From contig CAMLWN010000002.1 in the NCBI GenBank assembly GCA_946490195.1, forward strand, positions 1-54,648: 54,648 nt of DNA. Reading direction: 5' to 3'. Made by a program: the position numbers and the translations under genes. The notes beneath the pieces are model-generated. The model ran no database searches, had not been told where the DNA came from, and saw only the letters and a program-made list of their open reading frames with translations. The DNA is from an uncultured Mycoplasmatota bacterium. GTDB lineage: Bacteria; Bacillota_I; Bacilli_A; RF39; UBA660. This document shows, piece by piece, positions 47,542-54,648 of this stretch (positions within the stretch are counted from its first letter, which is position 1; each line of letters begins with the position of its first letter).

Positions 47542-47937
47542 TTACCAGATATAGGCAAGAACTTCGCCTCCTAACTTAGCTTCGCGAGCTTCTTTATCAG
47601 TCATTAACCCTTTTGAAGTGGAAATGATTGCAATTCCAAGTCCATTAAGAACATGAGGAATTTCTTGAGCTTTAGCATATACACGTAAACCAGATTTACT
47701 AATTCTTTTCAAACCAGTAATAACTCTTTCTTTACGATCACCATATTTTAATGTAAGAGTAAGTTTATCGCCATTTGTATGTTTTTCATAAACAAAATCA
47801 CTAATATAACCTTCTCTTTTTAAAATTTCAGCAATACCTAAAGTCATTTTTGTACCAATTACAACAACGGTATCATATTTTAATTGATTTGCATTACGAA
47901 TTCTTGTAAGCATATCAGCAATTACATCTTGTACCAT
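47542..47937 (-). CDS. rpsH: 30S ribosomal protein S8
   Basis: Sequence and cluster position. Confidence 0.95.
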   Translation of the reverse strand: MVQDVIADMLTRIRNANQLKYDTVVVIGTKMTLGIAEILKREGYISDFVYEKHTNGDKLTLTLKYGDRKERVITGLKRISKSGLRVYAKAQEIPHVLNGLGIAIISTSKGLMTDKEAREAKLGGEVLAYIW

Positions 47938-47952
47938 CTAAATTCCTCCTTC

Positions 47953-48138
47953 CTACCAACTTGCTTTCTTTACGCCAGGAATTTTTCCTTCATTTGCTAA
48001 TTCTCTAAAGCAAATACGGCATAAATGATATTTACGTAGAACACCATGAGGTCTTCCACAACGTTCACAACGAGTATAAGCACGAGTGCTAAACTTTGGT
48101 GCACGAGATTGTTTAACTTTTAAACTAGTTTTTGCCAT
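47953..48138 (-). CDS. rpsN: 30S ribosomal protein S14, type Z (zinc-binding, 61 aa)
   Basis: CERCGRPHG...CRIC motif. Confidence 0.95.
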   Translation of the reverse strand: MAKTSLKVKQSRAPKFSTRAYTRCERCGRPHGVLRKYHLCRICFRELANEGKIPGVKKASW

Positions 48139-48147
48139 AGTGTCCTC

Positions 48148-48687
48148 CTATCCTCTAAAAGGCATTTTAAATTGTGCAAGTAATGCCTTGGCTTCTTCGT
48201 TCGTTTTAGCTGTTGTAACAAACACAACATCCATACCACGAATCTTTAAAATATTATCATATTCAATTTCTGGGAAAATAAGTTGTTCTTTAATTCCCAA
48301 AGTATAATTTCCATGACCATCGAATGCAGTTTTTGATACGCCTCTAAAGTCACGAACACGCGGAAGAGCAACCCGAACAAGTTTTTCAAAGAAAGTATAC
48401 ATTCTTTCTCCTCTTAAAGTAACTTTAACACCAATAGGTTGTCCTTCACGAATTTTAAATCCTGCAATAGACTTATGAGCTTTAGTAACAACAGGTTTTT
48501 GACCAGTAATAAGCTCCAAATCTTTTAAAGCAGCATCAATATATTTTTCATCATTGTGTCCTTCACCAACACCAATATTAATGACAATTTTTTCTAATTT
48601 AGGAACTTGCATAACTGAATCGTAATGAAATTCATTCATTAATGCAGGAATAATTTCCTTTTTATATAAATCTTTAAATGTACTCAT
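48148..48687 (-). CDS. rplE: 50S ribosomal protein L5
   Basis: Sequence and cluster position. Confidence 0.95.
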   Translation of the reverse strand: MSTFKDLYKKEIIPALMNEFHYDSVMQVPKLEKIVINIGVGEGHNDEKYIDAALKDLELITGQKPVVTKAHKSIAGFKIREGQPIGVKVTLRGERMYTFFEKLVRVALPRVRDFRGVSKTAFDGHGNYTLGIKEQLIFPEIEYDNILKIRGMDVVFVTTAKTNEEAKALLAQFKMPFRG

Positions 48688-48698
48688 AAATTCCCACC

Positions 48699-48962
48699 TT
48701 AATCTTTCTTAGCTTTCTTTTCTTCTTTTTTTGCTTTTGCATCAGTTTCTACTTTTTTTACATTAGAAACATGAATAGGTGCTTCCATTTCAAATATTCC
48801 GCCGTTTTCATTCGCATTATTAGGTTTTTGATGTTTCTTAATCATATTGATTCCTTCAACAACAACACGGTCTTTTTTTCTTAAAGTTTTCATTACTCGG
48901 CCAGTTTTTCCTTTATCTTTACCAGCCAAAACAACAACATTATCATTTACTTTAATCTTCAT
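48699..48962 (-). CDS. rplX: 50S ribosomal protein L24
   Basis: KOW motif [13 protein letters not shown]. Cluster position. Confidence 0.94.
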   Translation of the reverse strand: MKIKVNDNVVVLAGKDKGKTGRVMKTLRKKDRVVVEGINMIKKHQKPNNANENGGIFEMEAPIHVSNVKKVETDAKAKKEEKKAKKD

Positions 48963-48971
48963 AAGTACCTC

Positions 48972-49340
48972 CTAAATAACTTCACTAGCTAAAGAGACAA
49001 TCTTCATGTAATCTCTTTCACGAAGCTCTCTTGCTACTGGACCTAATACACGAGTACCTACTGGAGTTTTATCATCTTTAATAATAACGCATGCATTATC
49101 ATCAAATTTAATATAACTTCCATCAGCACGACGAACACCTTCAACACTTCTTACGATAACAGCTTTAACAACTTTTCCTTTTTTCAAAGTTCCATTAGGA
49201 ATAGCCTTTTTTACAGTACAAACAACAACATCACCAATATTAGCATACTTTCTCTTACTTCCACCTAAAGGACGGATAACAAGTACTTCACGAGCACCAG
49301 AGTTATCAGCAACTTTAAGTCTTGATTCTTGCATTATCAT
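48972..49340 (-). CDS. rplN: 50S ribosomal protein L14
   Basis: The start is at [16 protein letters not shown] (RBS GGAGG 6 nt upstream). Confidence 0.95.
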   Translation of the reverse strand: MIMQESRLKVADNSGAREVLVIRPLGGSKRKYANIGDVVVCTVKKAIPNGTLKKGKVVKAVIVRSVEGVRRADGSYIKFDDNACVIIKDDKTPVGTRVLGPVARELRERDYMKIVSLASEVI

Positions 49341-49350
49341 GAGATACCTC

Positions 49351-49611
49351 CTATAAAATAACAGCTTCAATTAAGACTTCAACAAGTTCATATCTTTTAG
49401 TTTTAGATAAAGGTCTTGTTGCTCTAATTCTAACTGTATCTCCTACTTTAGCAATATTCTTTTCATCATGAGCAGCATACTTTTTAGAGTATTTTACTCT
49501 TTTTCCATATAATGGATGCATTTTATGAGTTTCGACTAATACGGTAATTGTTTTATCATTACTAGCGCTTACAACTTTACCAACTAGTTCTTGTTTTCTT
49601 TTTTCTGCCAT
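49351..49611 (-). CDS. rpsQ: 30S ribosomal protein S17
   Basis: Sequence and cluster position. Confidence 0.95.
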   Translation of the reverse strand: MAEKRKQELVGKVVSASNDKTITVLVETHKMHPLYGKRVKYSKKYAAHDEKNIAKVGDTVRIRATRPLSKTKRYELVEVLIEAVIL

Positions 49612-49823
49612 TATTTGTTACCTCCTACAAGACTTTCATTTTCTCTTTCCTTTAAAATTGTCATCATTCTTGCAATATCTTTTTTTAATGTGTTGATTTT
49701 AACAGGTTTTTCTAATGCACCCCTTGCATTTTGCATACGTAAATCTAATAATTCACTTTTAGAAGATTTAATTTTTTCTAAAATTTCTTCATTAGATAGC
49801 TTACGAATTTCTTGAGCTGTCAT
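49611..49823 (-). CDS. rpmC: 50S ribosomal protein L29
   Basis: Sequence and cluster position. Confidence 0.94.
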   Translation of the reverse strand: MTAQEIRKLSNEEILEKIKSSKSELLDLRMQNARGALEKPVKINTLKKDIARMMTILKERENESLVGGNK

Positions 49824-50239
49824 TATACTTCACCTTCCTTTTTAACAAATTTACATTTAACAGGTAATTTGTGAGAAGCTAAACGTAAAGCTTCACGAGC
49901 TGTAGCTTCATCTACTCCAGAAACCTCAAACATGATTTTTCCTTCTTTAACTACAGATACCCATTCTTCAACGTTACCTTTACCTTTACCTTGACGAGTT
50001 TCTAATGGTTTTTTTGTTCTAGGCATATCAGGGAAAATATTAATAAATACTTTGCCTCCACGTTTCATATAACGAGTCATCGCTATACGAGCTGCTTCAA
50101 TTTGACGAGCACTTACATAATTTCCTTCTTTAGCCATTAAACCATATTCACCAAAGTGTAGTTCAGTATTTCCCTTAGCATGTCCTTCATATGATCTACG
50201 ATGTTGCTTACGATATTTAGTTCTTTTTGGCATCAACAT
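49823..50239 (-). CDS. rplP: 50S ribosomal protein L16
   Basis: The start is at [12 protein letters not shown] (RBS AAAGGAG 8 nt upstream). Confidence 0.95.
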   Translation of the reverse strand: MLMPKRTKYRKQHRRSYEGHAKGNTELHFGEYGLMAKEGNYVSARQIEAARIAMTRYMKRGGKVFINIFPDMPRTKKPLETRQGKGKGNVEEWVSVVKEGKIMFEVSGVDEATAREALRLASHKLPVKCKFVKKEGEV

Positions 50240-50900
50240 GTTGGTCACGCTCCTTTACATTTTTTTTAGCAGGAAGAATTTCACCTTTATAAATCCAAAC
50301 TTTAACACCAATTTTTCCATAAGTAGTATCAGCTTCTGATTGAGCAAAATCGATATCAGCACGGATTGTATGAAGAGGAACTGTTCCTTCAGTATATCCT
50401 TCACTACGAGCCATCTCAACACCACCTAAACGTCCAGAAACTAAAGTTTTAATTCCCTTAGCACCAGCCTTCATAGTATTTCTGATAGCTCTTTTTTGAG
50501 CACTTCTAAAAGGTGCACGATTTTCAATTTGCATTGCAATATTATCTGCAACCAATTGAGCATTTAAATCAGCTTGTTTAGATACATCAACAATTGATAC
50601 ATAAACGTCTTCTTTAACTTCACGAGATAAAGCTTTACGTAATTTATCAATATCTTCTCCACCACGTCCAATGATTACACCAGGTTTAGCAGTGTTGATT
50701 GTAACTTCACAACGATTTTTCTTACGTTCAATAATAATAGAAGCAACAGCAGCATCTTTAAGATGTTTCTTTAAATATTCACGAATTTTTAAATCCTTAT
50801 TTAAAGTAGTTCCAAAATCTTTCTTATTAGCATACCATCTAGAATCCCAATCTTTATTAACACCTAAACGATATCCAATAGGATTTACCTTTTGTCCCAT
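50217..50900 (-). CDS. rpsC: 30S ribosomal protein S3
   Basis: Sequence and cluster position. Confidence 0.95.
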   Translation of the reverse strand: MGQKVNPIGYRLGVNKDWDSRWYANKKDFGTTLNKDLKIREYLKKHLKDAAVASIIIERKKNRCEVTINTAKPGVIIGRGGEDIDKLRKALSREVKEDVYVSIVDVSKQADLNAQLVADNIAMQIENRAPFRSAQKRAIRNTMKAGAKGIKTLVSGRLGGVEMARSEGYTEGTVPLHTIRADIDFAQSEADTTYGKIGVKVWIYKGEILPAKKNVKERDQHVDAKKN

Positions 50901-51250
50901 TATTTGTTGCCTCCTTTCTTCTCATCACTTACTTTAACGATAATATGACTTGTTCTTTTATCTCTTCTGTCAATATTTCCACGACTAGCAAATTTAATTC
51001 TTTTATAAACTGGTCCTGGATTTACCATACATTCTGAAATATATAAATCATTCTCATTCGCTCCGTTATTGTTTACTGCATTTGCAACAGCACTTTCTAA
51101 TACCTTACGAATTAGACGACTTGATTTTGTATTTGTAGTATCTAAGATAGCACGAGCAGCAAAAATATCTTTTCCACGAATTAAATCCATAGTCATTCTT
51201 GCTTTTCTTGGAGCTACCATAGCACTTTTATGAATTGCATATGTTTCCAT
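50900..51250 (-). CDS. rplV: 50S ribosomal protein L22
   Basis: Sequence and cluster position. Confidence 0.95.
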   Translation of the reverse strand: METYAIHKSAMVAPRKARMTMDLIRGKDIFAARAILDTTNTKSSRLIRKVLESAVANAVNNNGANENDLYISECMVNPGPVYKRIKFASRGNIDRRDKRTSHIIVKVSDEKKGGNK

Positions 51251-51260
51251 GTACTACCTC

Positions 51261-51524
51261 CTACTTCTGACCTGCATGTCCGCCGAACTTACGAGTTGCA
51301 GAAAATTCTCCTAATTTATGTCCAACCATTTCTTCTGTTACATATACAGGAATAAATTCCTTTCCATTATGAACAGCAAATGTGTGACCAACAAAGCTAG
51401 GGAAGATTGTAGAACGACGAGAATATGTTTTAATAACTTCTTTTTTATTATCTTTATTTAATTTTTCAACCTTGTCTAATAAATGCTTATCAGCGAAAGG
51501 TCCTTTTTTTAAACTTCTTGCCAT
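51261..51524 (-). CDS. rpsS: 30S ribosomal protein S19
   Basis: Sequence and cluster position. Confidence 0.95.
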   Translation of the reverse strand: MARSLKKGPFADKHLLDKVEKLNKDNKKEVIKTYSRRSTIFPSFVGHTFAVHNGKEFIPVYVTEEMVGHKLGEFSATRKFGGHAGQK

Positions 51525-51536
51525 ATTTCCCTCCTA

Positions 51537-52367
51537 TTATTTCTTTCTACGACTAACAATAAGTTTGTCAGAAGCCTTCTTATTTTTTCTTGTTTTATAC
51601 CCAAGAGCAGGTTTACCCCAAGGTGTCATTGGACTCTTACGTCCGATAGGCGCGCGTCCTTCTCCACCACCATGTGGATGGTCATTAGGGTTCATTGCAC
51701 TACCACGGTTAGTAGGACGAATACCCATATGTCTAGTACGTCCAGCTTTACCAATGTTAACAAGTTCATAATCTTCGTTACCAACAACACCAATAGTTGC
51801 CATACAGCTTCCTAAGATTTTTCTTGTTTCACCAGATTGTAAACGAACTAAAACATATTTATCTTCTCTACCTAAAATTTGAGCAGAAGTTCCTGCGCTA
51901 CGACATAAACTTGCTCCGCTTCCAGGATTTAATTCAATACAGTGAATAACTGTACCAACTGGAATGTTTTTTAAAGGTAATGCATTACCAACTTTAATAT
52001 CAGCATTCTCACCATTTTCAATAATCATTCCAACTTTTAATCCCTTAGGTGCGATAATATATCTTTTTTCACCATCTAAGTAATTAATTAAAGCAATATT
52101 TGCATTACGGTTTGGATCGTATTCAATACTTGCAACACGTCCTGTAATACCAATTTTATTTCTTTTAAAATCAATTACACGATATTTTCTTTTAGCTCCT
52201 CCACCAATGTGACGAACAGTCATTTTTCCTTGATTATTACGTCCACCAGTTTTACGAGCCTTTTTAAGTAAAGACTTTGTAGGAGTAGAAGTAGTAATTT
52301 CTTCATTCATTAATGCAGACATTCCACGACGACCATTAGTCGTTGGTTTAAATTTTCTAATTGCCAT
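51537..52367 (-). CDS. rplB: 50S ribosomal protein L2
   Basis: Sequence and cluster position. Confidence 0.96.
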   Translation of the reverse strand: MAIRKFKPTTNGRRGMSALMNEEITTSTPTKSLLKKARKTGGRNNQGKMTVRHIGGGAKRKYRVIDFKRNKIGITGRVASIEYDPNRNANIALINYLDGEKRYIIAPKGLKVGMIIENGENADIKVGNALPLKNIPVGTVIHCIELNPGSGASLCRSAGTSAQILGREDKYVLVRLQSGETRKILGSCMATIGVVGNEDYELVNIGKAGRTRHMGIRPTNRGSAMNPNDHPHGGGEGRAPIGRKSPMTPWGKPALGYKTRKNKKASDKLIVSRRKK

Positions 52368-52381
52368 TACAAATTCCCTCC

Positions 52382-52654
52382 TTACATTTCAATTGATGAA
52401 CCTTGAGCTAAGGTTACAATTGCTTTCTTATAAGTTTTTGTTTTACCAGTGTATCTTCCAACACGGCGATCTTTAGGTTTTGTATTTAATGTATTTACAT
52501 TAACTACTTTTACACCAAAGTGACGTTCAATTTCACTTTTAATTTGTGTTTTAGTAGCTCTTTTATCTACTTTAAATACATAAACACCATTTTGATTTCC
52601 AGTAATACTTTTTTCTGTAATAACTGGCCCTAAAATAATATCTGGATTACGCAT
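52382..52654 (-). CDS. rplW: 50S ribosomal protein L23
   Basis: The start is at [16 protein letters not shown] (RBS GAGGAGGG). Confidence 0.94.
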   Translation of the reverse strand: MRNPDIILGPVITEKSITGNQNGVYVFKVDKRATKTQIKSEIERHFGVKVVNVNTLNTKPKDRRVGRYTGKTKTYKKAIVTLAQGSSIEM

Positions 52655-53276
52655 GTGAGATACCCTCCTCAATTACTTTAACAGCAGCTTCATCTAAAAC
52701 TAAAGTATCTGCATTTAAAATGTCTAATACATTAATTTCATCAGCTAAGATATGATAAGCATATCCTAAATTACGACAAGCCATGTATAAGTTCTCGCAG
52801 TCGTCTGCTGTTACAAATAATACTTTTCCTTCTAAATTAGCTTTCTTAATCATTTCTTTAACATCTTTTGTTTTTAAACTAGGCATTTCTAAATTTTCAA
52901 AAACAACAATTGCTTTATTAGCAAGTTTATCTGCTAAAGCACTCTTTAAAGCTAATACTCTTTCTTTACGGTTAATTTTGAATCCATAATCACGAGGTTG
53001 AACACCGTGAGCGATTCCTCCACCAACCCATTGAACAGCTCTAGTAGAACCTTGACGAGCACGTCCAGTACCTTTTTGTCTCCAAGGTTTTCTTCCGCCA
53101 CCAGAAACTTCACTACGATTTTTTGTTTTATGAGTTCCTTGACGAGTAGCAGCAAGTTGTAAACGAACCATCTTCTTTAAAGCATCATCATTTACTTCAA
53201 TTTTCCAAATAGAATCATTTAAAGAGATGTCGCGTACTTTTTCTGCTTGTAAATTTTTCACTTCAACTTTTGCCAT
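52647..53276 (-). CDS. rplD: 50S ribosomal protein L4
   Basis: Sequence and cluster position. Confidence 0.95.
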   Translation of the reverse strand: MAKVEVKNLQAEKVRDISLNDSIWKIEVNDDALKKMVRLQLAATRQGTHKTKNRSEVSGGGRKPWRQKGTGRARQGSTRAVQWVGGGIAHGVQPRDYGFKINRKERVLALKSALADKLANKAIVVFENLEMPSLKTKDVKEMIKKANLEGKVLFVTADDCENLYMACRNLGYAYHILADEINVLDILNADTLVLDEAAVKVIEEGISHA

Positions 53277-53299
53277 TTTTTCATTTCCTTTCTATGATT

Positions 53300-54085
53300 C
53301 TATTCTGCTTTTTCCTCTGTAGTTTCATTTTCTACAGTTTCTGTAGTCTCAACTTGAGGAGTTTCAGAAGTTTCTTCAACTTGAGCTTCTGCAGTAACTT
53401 CTTCTACTTCATCTACTACAGGCTCTTCTACGTAAGAAATAATTTCTTTTGGATTTTTCTTACGATTATTTTTAGCAGCGCTTCGAATAAGCACCATACC
53501 ATTTTTTGCACCAGGCACATTTCCACTTACTAAAATATATTGTTCTTTTTCATTTATTTCAACAATCTCTAGGTTTTGAACAGTAACAGTTTCAGCACCC
53601 ATATGTCCTGGTAAATTTTTACCCTTTAATACTCTTTTTGGAAGCATTGTTCCAAGTGACCCAGGTCCACGATGATAATTTGAACCATGAGTTGTAGGTC
53701 CACGTTGTTGTCCATGTCTTTTAATAGAACCTGCAAATCCTTTTCCTTTGCTTGTTCCAGTAACATCAACAATATCTCCTACTTCAAATACAACTGCGCT
53801 TATTTTGTCTCCAACTTGATAACTTCCTTCACAATCGCGAATTTCTTTCAAGAAGCGCTTAGGAGTAGTGTTTGCTTTTTTCGCGTGGCCAACACTCGCA
53901 CGACTAGCATTTTTTTCTTTCTTGTCGATTACGCCAAGTTGAACAGCATTATACCCATCAGTTTCCACAGTCTTAACTTGCATTACAGTATTCTCTGGAA
54001 CACTAACAACTGTTACAGGAATAAGTTTTCCTTCTTTAGTGAAAACTTGAGTCATACCGACCTTGCGTCCTAAGATTCCTTTCAT
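53300..54085 (-). CDS. rplC: 50S ribosomal protein L3 with a ~50-aa acidic C-terminal tail
   Basis: The core [15 protein letters not shown]... is canonical. The second ATG was chosen for RBS spacing, but 54091 is also possible. Confidence 0.93.
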   Translation of the reverse strand: MKGILGRKVGMTQVFTKEGKLIPVTVVSVPENTVMQVKTVETDGYNAVQLGVIDKKEKNASRASVGHAKKANTTPKRFLKEIRDCEGSYQVGDKISAVVFEVGDIVDVTGTSKGKGFAGSIKRHGQQRGPTTHGSNYHRGPGSLGTMLPKRVLKGKNLPGHMGAETVTVQNLEIVEINEKEQYILVSGNVPGAKNGMVLIRSAAKNNRKKNPKEIISYVEEPVVDEVEEVTAEAQVEETSETPQVETTETVENETTEEKAE

Positions 54086-54106
54086 TTCCATTTCCTTTCC
54101 TTATTA

Positions 54107-54415
54107 TTATAATTTAATATTGATATCAACACCACTTGGTAAGTCAAGTCTTGTTAAAGCATCAACAACTTCTTTACTAGGATCCAAAATATCAATTAAT
54201 CTCTTGTGAGTACGACTTTCAAATTGCTCACGAGCGTCTTTGTATTTGTGTACAGCTCTAAGTACTGTAACTCTTTCAATTTCAGTTGGAAGAGGAACAG
54301 GTCCAGAAACAGTACCTCCTAATCTTTTCACGGTTTCAACAATTTTACCAGCAGCTAAATCTAAAACTTTAGAATCAAAAGCTTTCAAATTGATACGAAC
54401 CTTACTCTTTGACAT
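54107..54415 (-). CDS. rpsJ: 30S ribosomal protein S10
   Basis: Sequence. It is the first gene of the cluster. Confidence 0.96.
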   Translation of the reverse strand: MSKSKVRINLKAFDSKVLDLAAGKIVETVKRLGGTVSGPVPLPTEIERVTVLRAVHKYKDAREQFESRTHKRLIDILDPSKEVVDALTRLDLPSGVDINIKL

Positions 54416-54539
54416 AACATATGTCCTCCTTTCGCCTATATCTTGTATAGACTTGCTCCGTACAAATTCTCTGATTTAACTCAACAACTCCGCCAAGTGT
54501 ATCAGTAACTTCGCACATCCCAGCCGTCATACAAAGTCA

Positions 54540-54568
54540 ATTTTACTATAAAGAATGCGCTTTTGCAA
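54540..54568 (-). promoter_or_regulatory. Candidate S10-operon promoter, followed by a ~120-nt comparatively GC-rich 5' leader (54416-54533)
   Basis: Minus strand reads TTGCAA-17 bp-TAAAAT. The leader contains GACGGCTGGGATGTGCGAAG...CTTGGCGGAGTTGTTGAG, which is unusually GC-rich for this genome. Confidence 0.5.
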
Positions 54569-54648
54569 GCAAAAATTCACATTTTTCTAAATTATCTGAA
54601 TTCCGAAAGTAAATGCAAAAGAAGGTATACTTTTTGCATTTAGTATCA

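Noticed and set aside
45874-54479. About fifteen 60-130-aa ORFs in the track lie antisense to, or out of frame within, the ribosomal protein genes. Examples are 46417-46689, 46898-47227, 47313-47579, 51472-51771, 53270-53533, 53687-54073 and 54240-54479.
   Set aside because: All of them fall entirely within highly conserved r-protein genes. Their products are low-complexity Leu/Phe/Ser-rich shadow translations and none has an RBS.
1-54648. tRNA, rRNA, tmRNA, RNase P or CRISPR-Cas loci.
   Set aside because: Scanning by eye found no T-arm/CCA-type tRNA signatures, no rRNA-like GC-rich blocks, and no spaced-repeat arrays.

Overview
This is a low-GC (roughly 30% by eye) Firmicutes/Bacillota-type chromosomal segment. 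It probably comes from an anaerobe (it carries rubrerythrin and an arginine deiminase pathway), but the taxon cannot be fixed from sequence alone. Almost all genes are on the minus strand. From 40.5 to 54.4 kb there is a complete S10-spc-alpha ribosomal protein cluster (rpsJ through rplQ, with secY, adk, map, infA, rpmJ and rpoA). It has no rpmD. From 7.7 to 14.5 kb a seven-gene operon joins a polar amino-acid ABC importer to arcA-arcB-arcC and a YfcC-type carrier. Housekeeping islands include pheS-pheT behind a Phe (UUC) T-box leader, cysS, trpS, rubrerythrin and a NitT/TauT-type ABC importer. Accessory or lineage-specific content is as follows. A 553-aa orphan gene is bracketed by ~230-bp direct repeats. 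A thioester-domain/SpaA-repeat surface adhesin sits next to a miniature sortase-like gene. There is a collapsed ABC/histidine-kinase remnant. An aryl-sulfate sulfotransferase is paired with a membrane thioredoxin-like protein. An AlbA_2/HATPase_c_4 regulator and an XRE-TM regulator are separated by a 5 x 11-bp tandem array. An IS200 left-end remnant abuts a perfect 34-bp-arm palindrome. There is also a frameshifted Rpn/PD-(D/E)XK transposase pseudogene, plus several coiled-coil or orphan operons. The most system-like unannotated signal is at 6.67-7.30 kb: two tandem copies of a convergent module made of a small hydrophobic peptide and an antisense RNA, with type I toxin-antitoxin architecture. 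The peptide ORFs are too short to appear in the ORF track. All RNA ends, promoters and domain calls were made by eye, without searches or folding programs.
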